Assembly: GCA_052386995.1 (NCBI GenBank)
Contig: JBQTJP010000028.1
Location: 1 to 36,929, forward strand
Length of the DNA stretch: 36,929 nt
Direction: 5' to 3'
Origin: Armatimonadota bacterium
GTDB lineage: Bacteria > Sysuimicrobiota > Sysuimicrobiia > Sysuimicrobiales > Humicultoraceae
Shown: one piece after another, positions 11,901-22,990 of the stretch
How positions within the stretch are numbered: position 1 is the stretch's first letter
Layout of the letters: each line of letters starts with the position of its first letter
Position numbers and translations under genes: made by a program
The notes under the pieces: model-generated
Database searches by the model: none
Seen by the model: only the letters and a program-made list of their open reading frames with translations
Told to the model about the DNA's origin: nothing

Positions 11901-12013
11901 TCGCTGCCTGCCTCAGACAGAGGTTTTCGAACGATCACGGACAGCTCCCCTTCGCGATAAGGCACAAAACCCGCCGCACGATACATCCCGGGCGTCCCGC
12001 GAAAGGCCAGGAT
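11897..12013 (-). pseudogene. 3' remnant of a GNAT-like acetyltransferase gene
   Basis: Minus-strand frame ILAFRGTPGMYRAAGFVPYREGELSVIVRKPLSEAGSD*, resembling a GNAT C-terminal motif B (..MY.AAGF.P..E....IVRK.L); preceded by an in-frame TGA. Confidence 0.5.
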
Positions 12014-12028
12014 TCAGCACGGGCATGG

Positions 12029-12628
12029 CTACGATTCCTCCTCCGGTGAGCCTGGCGGCAGCAGGAGAAACTCGGGCGAGATACGCGCTGTTAGGTACAC
12101 GGTGGGCCCGGCGCGCCTGAACTCCACACCGGCGGCGTGCGCCCGCCGCGCGAAGACGACCACGACGTCTGCGTCGGGCGTGTGACGCTGCCCAATATCA
12201 CGGGCGAGTGCGGGCGTTGTCGACAGATGCACATGTTGCCGCGCCTGAGGGAGGAGCCCCCCGGTGCGCATCGCGGCCGCCTCGTCAGGGGAGGCTCCGT
12301 GGTAGAGCCACTCCGGTGGGTACGCGGCCTCTCCCGGCTGCGCGACCGTGACGGTGTGACCGTATCGCGCGCGAATCATCCCATCCCGTACTTCGTAGCG
12401 CCGCGGATCGGCCTCCGCGACGGCCATAAGATCGGCCACGGTCACCGAGCTCCAACCCGGCTGCGCGGCCAGTCCCCGCGCGAGCGCATCCAGCGGCGCA
12501 AAGCCTCCGGCGTCCAGAGCGAGCCCGACCTCCTCCGGTCGGTGGCGCAAAACGAGCGCCAGCAGCCGGCTCAGACGCACGCGACGCATGGAGTCGTGCG
12601 ACCGGCGATCTGTGCGGGGAGAAGACAT
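12029..12628 (-). CDS. kptA: RNA 2'-phosphotransferase (Tpt1/KptA)
   Basis: LSRLLALVLRHRPE, PRRYE, IRARYGH, LYHG, RQHVHLS; the start could be the later ATG (MRRVRL). Confidence 0.9.
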   Translation of the reverse strand: MSSPRTDRRSHDSMRRVRLSRLLALVLRHRPEEVGLALDAGGFAPLDALARGLAAQPGWSSVTVADLMAVAEADPRRYEVRDGMIRARYGHTVTVAQPGEAAYPPEWLYHGASPDEAAAMRTGGLLPQARQHVHLSTTPALARDIGQRHTPDADVVVVFARRAHAAGVEFRRAGPTVYLTARISPEFLLLPPGSPEEES

Positions 12629-12722
12629 GGGATCGCCGATGGGATTTGGATGTCCGGTCGAGGAGAACCTGCCACAGCGACGAACCTAAACGCCACCAAC
12701 GCCGTTCGGAGGTCTCTGAGCA

Positions 12723-13619
12723 GTGCCCGCTCCGCTCGTGGAGTGCATCCCGAACATCAGCGAGGGCCGGCGCCAGGACGTCATTGATGCCGTGGCCTCG
12801 GCCGTGCGACGCGTCGAGGGGATCAGGCTGCTCAACGTGCAGTCCGACGTGAGCCACAACCGCAGCGTGATCACCTTTGCCGGCGACCCCGACGCGGCCG
12901 CGCGCGCGGCCGTGGCGCTGGCGGCCCGCGCCGTCGAGCTGATCGACATGCGCGGGCACTCGGGCGAGCATCCTCGACTGGGCGCGGTCGATGTCATCCC
13001 CTTCGTGCCCATCGCGGCGACGACGATGGCGGACTGCATCGCGCTCGCGCGGCGTGTGGGGGAAGAGGTATGGACGCGGCTTCGGGTCCCCGTGTACTTC
13101 TATGCCGCGGCCGCGAGGGCGCCCCACCGCGTGCGACTCCCCGACATCCGAAAAGGCGAGTTCGAGGGTCTCGCACAGAAGATGACGCAGGACGCCTGGG
13201 CGCCGGATCTCGGCGATCCTCGGCCGCATCCGACCGCCGGCGCCGTCGTCGTCGGCGCGAGAGCGCCGCTAATCGCGTACAACATAAATCTGTCGACGAG
13301 CGACCTCGCGATCGCGCGTGGCATCGCCCGCCGCATCCGCGAGTCCAGCGGCGGGCTGCCTGCCGTGCAGGCAATGGGGGTCCGGGCCGCCTCCGGGGCG
13401 GCTCAGGTCTCGATCAACCTGCTGGACACCGCCACGACCTCGATGGCGCGGGTCTTCGAAGCGGTTCGCCACGAAGCTCGCGAACACGGTGTCGAGGTGG
13501 CCGAGAGCGAGATCGTCGGTCTGGTTCCTCTCGATGCCCTCCTGGACGTCGCCCGGACCCATCTGCGACTTCGAGATTTCGAACGCGCGCAGGTGCTTGA
13601 AGCCCGCCTCATGGAGTAG
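12723..13619 (+). CDS. ftcd: Glutamate formimidoyltransferase
   Basis: VECIPNISEGR, HNRSVIT, HSGEHPRLGAVDVIPFVP, IRKGEFEGL, ESEIVGLVP. Confidence 0.95.
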   Translation: MPAPLVECIPNISEGRRQDVIDAVASAVRRVEGIRLLNVQSDVSHNRSVITFAGDPDAAARAAVALAARAVELIDMRGHSGEHPRLGAVDVIPFVPIAATTMADCIALARRVGEEVWTRLRVPVYFYAAAARAPHRVRLPDIRKGEFEGLAQKMTQDAWAPDLGDPRPHPTAGAVVVGARAPLIAYNINLSTSDLAIARGIARRIRESSGGLPAVQAMGVRAASGAAQVSINLLDTATTSMARVFEAVRHEAREHGVEVAESEIVGLVPLDALLDVARTHLRLRDFERAQVLEARLME

Positions 13620-13627
13620 CGCCAGGG

Positions 13628-14896
13628 ATGCAGTCCGCCGATCTGCTGGTCGAGCATGCCGCCGAACTGGTCACCCTCGCCGGCCCCGACGACCGCCCGC
13701 GCGCGGGCACGGGGATGCGCGATCTCGCCATCATCACAGACGGCGCGATCGCGGCGGCGGACGGCCAGATTGTGGCGGTGGGGCCCACGGCGCAGGTGCG
13801 CGACGCGGTGCGCCTGGACGCGGGGGCTACGCTCGTCAATGCGACCGGACGCGTCGTCCTCCCGGGCTTCGTGGATGCGCATACCCATGTGATCTTCGCC
13901 GGGTCACGGACCGATGAGTTCGAGGCACGCCTGCGCGGGGCCACGTACCTGGAGATCGCCGCCGCGGGCGGTGGCATTCTGCGCACGGTCGCTGCGACGC
14001 GCGCTGCCGACGAGGACACGCTTGTGCGGCTGGGTGCGGTGCGCCTGACCCGCATGCTGCGCTGCGGCACGACGACCGTCGAGGCGAAGAGCGGCTACGG
14101 TCTCTCGGTGGCCGACGAGCTCAAACAACTACGCGCCGTTCACCGTCTCTCGGCCACCCACGAGGTTGATCTCGTGCCCACGGTGCTGGCCGCGCATGCC
14201 GTGCCGCCCGAGTTTGCCGGCAATCCGGACAGGTATGTCGACGTGATCACGCGCGAGATTCTGCCCGCCGTGGCGGAGGAAGACCTGGCCGAGTTCTGCG
14301 ATGCCTTCTGCGACGACGGCGCGTTCACCATCGAACAGGGCCGGACCGTGCTCGAAGCCGGTGCCGTGCTGGGCCTGACCCCGAAGCTGCATGCCGACGA
14401 ATTCGGCGACCGCGGTGGAGCGCAGCTGGCGGCGGAAATGGAAGCGGTCTCGGCCGATCACCTCCTGCACGCCGCCGAAGCCGGGCTGGCGGCGATGGCC
14501 CGCACCGGCACTATGGCGGTGTTGCTTCCCAGCACCGCGCTCTTTCTCGGCCTGCGCTATGCGGCGGCGCGACGGATGATCGAACTCGGCGTGGCCGTCG
14601 CACTTGCCACCGACTTCAATCCCGGATCGTCACCGACATGGTCGATGCCGGCCGTGATCGGCCTGGCCTGCACCGGCATGAAGATGCTGCCGGCGGAGGC
14701 CATAGCCGCCGCGACGATAAACGCGGCATGGGCGATCGGCATGGAAGAAGAGGTCGGCAGCCTGGCGGCCGGCAAGGCGGCCGACCTGCTGGTCTTCGAC
14801 GTCGGCGACTATCGCGAGATCGCGATGGCCGCCGGGGCGCTGCTGCCACGGCAGGTCATCAAGCGAGGCCGTCTGGTCATCGATGCAGCCGACTGA
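13628..14896 (+). CDS. hutI: Imidazolonepropionase
   Basis: PGFVDAHTH, GGGILRTV, EAKSGYGL, KLHADE, SADHL, ATDFNPGSSP. Confidence 0.96.
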   Translation: MQSADLLVEHAAELVTLAGPDDRPRAGTGMRDLAIITDGAIAAADGQIVAVGPTAQVRDAVRLDAGATLVNATGRVVLPGFVDAHTHVIFAGSRTDEFEARLRGATYLEIAAAGGGILRTVAATRAADEDTLVRLGAVRLTRMLRCGTTTVEAKSGYGLSVADELKQLRAVHRLSATHEVDLVPTVLAAHAVPPEFAGNPDRYVDVITREILPAVAEEDLAEFCDAFCDDGAFTIEQGRTVLEAGAVLGLTPKLHADEFGDRGGAQLAAEMEAVSADHLLHAAEAGLAAMARTGTMAVLLPSTALFLGLRYAAARRMIELGVAVALATDFNPGSSPTWSMPAVIGLACTGMKMLPAEAIAAATINAAWAIGMEEEVGSLAAGKAADLLVFDVGDYREIAMAAGALLPRQVIKRGRLVIDAAD

Positions 14897-15671
14897 CGTA
14901 CCGCCGGCGCGCCCGGGAGCGCCGCTCGTTCGCGTCGGCGAGCTCGGATCCACCAACGATCTGGCGCGCCTGATGGCCGACGCCGGGCTCCCGGAGAGAA
15001 CGGTCGTGGTGGCCCGTTGCCAGACGCAGGGGCGCGGCCGGCACAGTCGCACCTGGATCTCGCCCCCAGGCGGTCTGTGGTGCTCGATCGTGCTGCGCCC
15101 GGCGCGTGACGCCGGATGGGGACGGCTCAGCCTGGCCATGGCCGTCGCCGCAGCGGAAGCGATCGATGAGGTCGCCGGCGTCCAATCAGCGATCCGGTGG
15201 CCCAACGACATCGTCATCGGTGGCCGCAAGGTTGCCGGAGTTCTGCTAGAAGGGGCGCGGGGGGCCATCGTGGTCGGGATTGGCATCAACGCGAACGTGC
15301 CCGCCGAGGCGCTGCCGCAAGCCCTTCGCACGGCCGCCGTGTCTCTGCACGACGTCACTGGGCGGCCGATGCTGCTGGACCCTCTTCTCGAGACGCTGCT
15401 CGCGAGAGCCGACGCCTGGTACGCTGCCTGGGCTCAGGGTGGGCCGCAGGTCCTGGACGCGTGGGCGGCGCGCGACGCCACCCGCGGGCACCGCATCGTG
15501 GCGAACAGCCTGGGCATCTCGATCGAAGGCATCGCCGACGGTGCCGATCCCGACGGCGCGCTCCGCGTGCGTCTCCCCGGCGGGGAAGTGCGGCGCGTCG
15601 TGGTCAGTGACGTTGCCGTCATCCCGCACGCCGGTGCGCGACAGAGCCGCGGGCAGGAACCCGTAGAGTAA
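14883..15671 (+). CDS. birA: Biotin--[acetyl-CoA carboxylase] ligase, no N-terminal HTH
   Basis: GSTND, QTQGRGRHSRTW, RWPND, RKVAGVL, GIGIN. Confidence 0.9.
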   Translation: MQPTDVPPARPGAPLVRVGELGSTNDLARLMADAGLPERTVVVARCQTQGRGRHSRTWISPPGGLWCSIVLRPARDAGWGRLSLAMAVAAAEAIDEVAGVQSAIRWPNDIVIGGRKVAGVLLEGARGAIVVGIGINANVPAEALPQALRTAAVSLHDVTGRPMLLDPLLETLLARADAWYAAWAQGGPQVLDAWAARDATRGHRIVANSLGISIEGIADGADPDGALRVRLPGGEVRRVVVSDVAVIPHAGARQSRGQEPVE

Positions 15672-15692
15672 CGTCAAAACCACACGCCCACC

Positions 15693-16613
15693 GTGCAACG
15701 TCCTCGCCACGTCGTCAGCGTGAGCATGGGGTCCGGCCGGGGCGACCACCGCGTCGAGACGGAGTTGCTCGGCCAGCGGTTCATCATCGAGCGCATCGGC
15801 ACCAATGGCGACTATAAGGCATTCTGTCAAAAGTTGCGCGAGCTCGACGGCAAGGTCGACGCGATCGGGATCGGCGGCATCAACCTGGTGCTCGTGGCCG
15901 GGAAGCGCCGCTATTATCTCCGCGACGCCGTGCGTGCCGTCCAGGGGATGCGCACGCCGGTTGTGGACGGCAGCGGCGTCAAGGAATCGTGGGAGCGGCA
16001 CCTCATCACGAAGATCCTTCCGAATGAAGTAGGCCTGTCGATCCGCGGACGTCGTGTGCTGCTCGTGGCGGCCGTAGATCGGTACAGCATGGCCGAGGCA
16101 TTCGTCCAGGCCGGGGCCAATGTCGTGTTCGGTGATTTCATGTTCGGGCTGGGAATCCCAATCGCCCTGCGCGGCCTGACCACGATCAAGGTGCTGGCAG
16201 CCATCTTGCTGCCTGTGCTCACCCGCCTGCCGTACACGTGGCTCTATCCGACCGGGGAGAAGCAGGAGCACGTGACGCCCAAGTTCGGGCGAGCCTACGG
16301 GTGGGCGGAAATTATCGCCGGCGATTATCACTATATCCAGCGACACATGCCCGAGGACCTGTCGGGCAAGACAATACTGACCCAGACGATCACCGCCGCC
16401 GACCTTGACGACCTGCGCCGGCGGAGACTGGCGCTGCTGGTGACGACCACGCCCGAGATGAACGGGCGCTCATTCGCGACGAACGTCCTCCAGGCCACGC
16501 TGGTCGCGCTGTCCGGCCGCCGCCCCGAGGATCTCGGCCCTGCCGACTATCTTGAATTGATCCGACGCGTCGGATTTCGCCCGCGGGTCGAACGGCTCAC
16601 GCCGTCCGCCTGA
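15693..16613 (+). CDS. Conserved protein of the family usually annotated 'quinate 5-dehydrogenase' (function unverified)
   Basis: VVSVSMGS, IERIGTNGD, DGKVDAIGIGG, PVVDGSGVK, GDFMFGLG, WLYPTG, GRSFATNV. Confidence 0.65.
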   Translation: MQRPRHVVSVSMGSGRGDHRVETELLGQRFIIERIGTNGDYKAFCQKLRELDGKVDAIGIGGINLVLVAGKRRYYLRDAVRAVQGMRTPVVDGSGVKESWERHLITKILPNEVGLSIRGRRVLLVAAVDRYSMAEAFVQAGANVVFGDFMFGLGIPIALRGLTTIKVLAAILLPVLTRLPYTWLYPTGEKQEHVTPKFGRAYGWAEIIAGDYHYIQRHMPEDLSGKTILTQTITAADLDDLRRRRLALLVTTTPEMNGRSFATNVLQATLVALSGRRPEDLGPADYLELIRRVGFRPRVERLTPSA

Positions 16614-16644
16614 CGCGGCGTGTACGAGGTGAACCTGCCCGTGC

Positions 16645-16673
16645 TTGACGGAGAATGGCCTCGTCGCTATACT
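16645..16673 (+). promoter_or_regulatory. Sigma70/SigA promoter of greA
   Basis: TTGACG-N17-TATACT. Confidence 0.8.
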
Positions 16674-16745
16674 CAAGGACAGTCACTCCGACCGCCGTGG
16701 TTGTTGCGCGGCGGTCGGTAGCCGTTGTAGCAGCGGGTTTTCCAG

Positions 16746-17282
16746 ATGAAAAACACGAAAAAGAGCGCAAAGAAGAACCCGACGCCCCTACCGCCCAAGA
16801 CGATCGACGGCGAGAAGGAAACGATTCTCACGAAGGCGGGTCTTCGCAAGCTCGAGGAGGAACTCGAGCACCTCAAGGTCACAAAGCGAAAAGAAGTCGC
16901 CGAGCGGATCAAGCAGGCCAAGGCATTCGGGGATTTGGCCGAAAACGCCGAGTACGACGATGCCAAGAACGAGCAGGCGTTTGTCGAGGGCCGGATTCTC
17001 CAGATCGAGCAGATGCTCCGCAACGCCCGGGTCATCGACAACAGCGCGAATCCCTCAGATGCGGTGACGGTCGGTTCGACGGTGCGTCTGAACGATCTGA
17101 CCGTGGGTGATGAGATCACCTATATGATCGTGGGGTCGGCGGAAGCGGACCCGATGCGGGATCGGATCAGCAACGAGTCCCCCGTGGGCCAGGCACTCAT
17201 CGGCAGGAAAAAAGGCGAGACGGTGACGATCCGTGTGCCGGCCGGCACCCTCAAGTACACAATTCTCGAGATCAGGCAGTAG
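16746..17282 (+). CDS. greA: Transcription elongation factor GreA
   Basis: LEEELEHLK...[13 protein letters not shown] with the catalytic [15 protein letters not shown]; ~20-aa basic N-terminal extension. Confidence 0.96.
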   Translation: MKNTKKSAKKNPTPLPPKTIDGEKETILTKAGLRKLEEELEHLKVTKRKEVAERIKQAKAFGDLAENAEYDDAKNEQAFVEGRILQIEQMLRNARVIDNSANPSDAVTVGSTVRLNDLTVGDEITYMIVGSAEADPMRDRISNESPVGQALIGRKKGETVTIRVPAGTLKYTILEIRQ

Positions 17283-17437
17283 TCAGTCTCACCGGAAGTC
17301 AGCCCTCAGACCCATTTGGGTACAACTAAGGTACGGCACGACGGTCCCCGGTGAGCGAGAGTCTGCGGGGAATCTTCTCCGGGCGCCGGATCGTATTATC
17401 GGGTAAGGGCCCCACCCACGGTTGCGGGAAGGGGCCA

Positions 17438-17465
17438 GCAGGAGTGAGGTCAGCGCAGGCAGAAT
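17438..17465 (+). promoter_or_regulatory. SigH-type promoter of clpC
   Basis: GCAGGA-N18-GAAT. Confidence 0.6.
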
Positions 17466-17513
17466 CCGTGCCTGCGAGATGTGATCCTCTCAACCGGAAG
17501 AGAGGAGTGTGCG

Positions 17514-19976
<2,463 letters not shown>

Positions 19977-19998
19977 TCGAGTCGCGCGACGCGTCATC

Positions 19999-20030
19999 CG
20001 GCCCGGGCCAGCGCCCGGGCCGTGTCGTTT
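19999..20030 (+). terminator. Hairpin between clpC and radA (possible weak terminator or processing site)
   Basis: CGGCCCGGGC-CAGC-GCCCGGGCCG followed by TGTCGTTT. Confidence 0.45.
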
Positions 20031-20101
20031 GGGACGGCCGGCAGCCGTCACGCGGGTCCGAAGGATCGCGGTGCCTGTGCCGATAACCATTAGGGAGACT
20101 C

Positions 20102-22924
20102 ATGAGCCGCTTGAGTTCGCGCTACGTCTGTCAGGTGTGCGGGCACGAGTCCGCGAAGTGGCTGGGACGGTGCCCCAACTGCGGGGAGTGGAACAGCCTG
20201 GTTGAAGAGGTTTCCGGCCCGTTGCGTTCTGAGCGAGCTCGCGCTTCTGCTGTCGACCCGGTCCCGCTTCCGGAGGTTGCCCCTCTTGTGCAAGAGCGCC
20301 TTCGTACAGGAATCGGGGAATTTGACCGCGTCCTTGGGGGCGGTGTTGTCCCAGGTTCCCTCGTCCTCTTGGGTGGCGATCCAGGAATTGGCAAGTGCGT
20401 CATTGGTGACACTCGCCTCCTTGACCCGCTAACTGGTGACTACCTAGCTATTACGGCCTGGCAACATGCGGCGCGCGGCGTGGTAAGCGTAGACGAATGT
20501 TCCCTGCGTCTAAATCCGGCGTCGGTGACCGCCTTCCATTCGCAGGGCCATAGATCGATTGTCCGCTTGACCACAGGGCTCGGCCGGCAACTGCGGTGCA
20601 CCGCTGGCCATCAAGTGCTCACACAGTACGGATGGCGATCCGTTTGCGATCTCAAGCCCGGGGATCGCGTGGCCGGGCCTCGCTGCCTATCGTACTTTGG
20701 CAGGGAGCCGATGCCGGAGACCGCCATAAAACTGATTGCGTACGTAATCTCGGAAGGATCAACCCGGAAGCCTATCGATGTTACTACCGGTTTGCCCGAA
20801 GTCGTTACGGATCTGGAGGAAATCGCGGCAGCATTTGGGTCTCGGCTGGTGCGATATGCCAAGCCAAATGGTGGAGCAGCTTCCTACCGTTTCGTGACCT
20901 CCTGGGAACGCAGACGATGTGCACGGGCAGAACTCGCAACACTGATTCGTCACGTCCAAAGACGCAAGGTCATTTCGTGGGCAGAGTGGGCGAGACGTGC
21001 TCAGGTCAGTTATGAGATGGTTCACGCGTGGAAGCGTGGTTCTAGCACTCCCTCCGAGAAGGAATTGGAAAGGCTGGCTGAGGCAGTAGAGTGTCCTCTC
21101 GCCGATCTTGCGCCTCATCTACGCCATCAAGCAGAAAGGGTCAGTCCCGTCGCGCGATTTCTTGAACGACATGGACTGCTCCGCTGCCGTGCGGCAGACA
21201 AAGCGATTCCTCTTTGTATCTTTCGCTTGCCCCGTGCGCAGTTGGCAATTTTCCTACGGACTTTGTTTACTGGAGACGGCTCTGTGTATGTAACTCAACA
21301 AGGGCGGGTCGGCTTGTCGTATTCCACCATCAGTCGACGTCTGGCAGAAGACGTACAGCATCTTCTATTGCGATTTGGCGTCATCACGAAACTACGCACT
21401 AAGCACGCCCGAGTTGCCGGTGCTGATTATGTCTCCTACGAGCTCTCGGCCCATGGTGCAACACGAACGCAAGCATTTGTCTCCGAGATCGGGATTCTCG
21501 GTCGCGCCCGCGCTCTTGCAAAGGTGGCCACACATCGTCCCAGTCGGGGATCAACCCGGACCGATACCGTCCCCACTGGCGAGCCCTTCTGGAATTTGCT
21601 TGAGCAGGCTACTGGTGGAATTTCCTTCCGCGACATTTCTGCGCGGGCGGGCGTGTTTGTTCGCAAGCGTCGCCGAGAACGACCGCTACAGCGTGCGACG
21701 ATTACCCGGCTCGCCGAAGCCTATCCCCACCCACGCCTTCGAGCGCTAGGATGCGGCGATATCTATTGGGATGAGGTTGTCGCCGTCGAACCTGATGGCG
21801 AGGCCGAGGTGTATGATCTCAGCGTATCGCGAACCCCCAACTTCGTGGCCAATGACCTGGTTGTCCACAATTCGACCCTGGCGCTTCAGGCTGCGAACCA
21901 GCTTAGCGCTGCGGGCCACGCAGTTCTATACGTAACCGGGGAGGAATCTCCCCAGCAGACGAAGATGCGCGCAGAGCGCATCGCCGCGATTTCTCAATGG
22001 ACTTATCTTCTCGCGGAGACCGACCTGGACGGGATTCTGGGAGCCGCCCGCAAGCTGCGACCAGTAGCGATGATCGTAGACAGTATACAGACTATGCACA
22101 GGTCCGACGTATCCAGTTCCCCTGGCAGCGTGGCGCAGGTTCGAGAATGCACGGCCGCGCTCGTCCGGTTGGCGAAAGATGAGGGCATTGCCACATTCAT
22201 CGTGGGGCATGTGACCAAGGAAGGCGCGATCGCCGGCCCCCGGGTCCTCGAGCACCTCGTCGACACAGTGCTGTATTTTGAAGGCGACCGGCACCACGCG
22301 TACCGCATCCTGCGCGCGACCAAGAATCGCTTCGGGTCGACGAACGAGATCGGTGTGTTTGAGATGGCCGGGAGTGGGCTGGTTGAAGTCCCCAATCCCT
22401 CGGCCGCGTTTCTCTCAGAACGACCACAGGCGGCCGCGGGATCAGTCGTCGTGTGCGCCATCGAAGGCACGCGCCCGCTGCTTGTGGAGGTCCAGGCGCT
22501 GGTCAGTCCCACGCACTTCGGAATGCCGCGCCGGACCGCCGCGGGCGTGGACTACAATCGGGTCCTCTTGCTACTGGCCGTTCTCGAGCGGCGGGCGGGC
22601 CTGCAGCTGGCCGCGCAGGATGTCTACGTGAGTGTGGCGGGCGGATTGGTGGTCGAGGAGCCCGCCGCCGACCTGGGGATCGCGGTGGCGGTGGCCAGCA
22701 GCCTACGCGATCGTCCGGTCGATCCTCGCACCGTCGTGATCGGCGAGGTCGGACTGACCGGCGAGGTACGCACCGTGCCACAGCTGGGGAAGCGGCTCGG
22801 CGAGGCCGCGCGCCTGGGATTCGCGCGCGCCGTCATTCCCCGAGCAGCCGGCGTCGAGGGGCCCGAAGGACAGGAGTTAGACCAGGTGCCCGATCTCTCG
22901 AGCGCGCTGCGCGCCATAGCCTAG
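20102..22924 (+). CDS. radA: DNA repair protein RadA/Sms containing an intein
   Basis: Zn finger CQVC..CPNC, Walker A GDPGIGK|ST, YVTGEES, VDSIQT, GHVTKEG, KNRFG, Lon-like C-terminus; 448 aa after removing the intein. Confidence 0.96.
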   Translation: MSRLSSRYVCQVCGHESAKWLGRCPNCGEWNSLVEEVSGPLRSERARASAVDPVPLPEVAPLVQERLRTGIGEFDRVLGGGVVPGSLVLLGGDPGIGKCVIGDTRLLDPLTGDYLAITAWQHAARGVVSVDECSLRLNPASVTAFHSQGHRSIVRLTTGLGRQLRCTAGHQVLTQYGWRSVCDLKPGDRVAGPRCLSYFGREPMPETAIKLIAYVISEGSTRKPIDVTTGLPEVVTDLEEIAAAFGSRLVRYAKPNGGAASYRFVTSWERRRCARAELATLIRHVQRRKVISWAEWARRAQVSYEMVHAWKRGSSTPSEKELERLAEAVECPLADLAPHLRHQAERVSPVARFLERHGLLRCRAADKAIPLCIFRLPRAQLAIFLRTLFTGDGSVYVTQQGRVGLSYSTISRRLAEDVQHLLLRFGVITKLRTKHARVAGADYVSYELSAHGATRTQAFVSEIGILGRARALAKVATHRPSRGSTRTDTVPTGEPFWNLLEQATGGISFRDISARAGVFVRKRRRERPLQRATITRLAEAYPHPRLRALGCGDIYWDEVVAVEPDGEAEVYDLSVSRTPNFVANDLVVHNSTLALQAANQLSAAGHAVLYVTGEESPQQTKMRAERIAAISQWTYLLAETDLDGILGAARKLRPVAMIVDSIQTMHRSDVSSSPGSVAQVRECTAALVRLAKDEGIATFIVGHVTKEGAIAGPRVLEHLVDTVLYFEGDRHHAYRILRATKNRFGSTNEIGVFEMAGSGLVEVPNPSAAFLSERPQAAAGSVVVCAIEGTRPLLVEVQALVSPTHFGMPRRTAAGVDYNRVLLLLAVLERRAGLQLAAQDVYVSVAGGLVVEEPAADLGIAVAVASSLRDRPVDPRTVVIGEVGLTGEVRTVPQLGKRLGEAARLGFARAVIPRAAGVEGPEGQELDQVPDLSSALRAIA
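20396..21871 (+). mobile_element. Intein (492 aa) with LAGLIDADG homing endonuclease and HTH insert
   Basis: Starts with Cys (CVIGDT) right after GK; block B CTAGHQV; blocks C/E LIAYVISEG and FLRTLFTGDG; block H SRRLAEDVQHLLLRFG; ends VYDLSV...NFVANDLVVHN followed by Ser+1. Confidence 0.95.
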
Positions 22925-22990
22925 CGCAGGCCGATGGGGTGGGAGTACTGCTGATCGTCGCAGGCCGCGACGAGAGGAGTGTTCCCGGTG

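Noticed and set aside
15653..15680. GCAGGA-N17-AAAA before the 15693 gene as a SigH promoter
   Set aside because: The -10 does not match GAAT/GAAC and the -35 lies in birA coding sequence.
16681..16689. 9-mer AGTCACTCC shared by the greA leader and the sigH leader (28847-28855)
   Set aside because: Two copies of a 9-mer can occur by chance in 37 kb, and their positions in the leaders differ.
17340..17450. Possible cobalamin riboswitch or 6S RNA (GGGAA...GGGAAGG...CAGGAG; GGGCCCCACC)
   Set aside because: Core cobalamin elements (CCCC-GC-ACTG, AGYCAGRAGACC) and the 6S rod with central bubble are not evident; kept only as an unassigned structured region.
20060..20086. Sigma28-like -10 GCCGATAA before radA
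   Set aside because: The -35 position reads GAAG rather than TAAA; one element is not enough.
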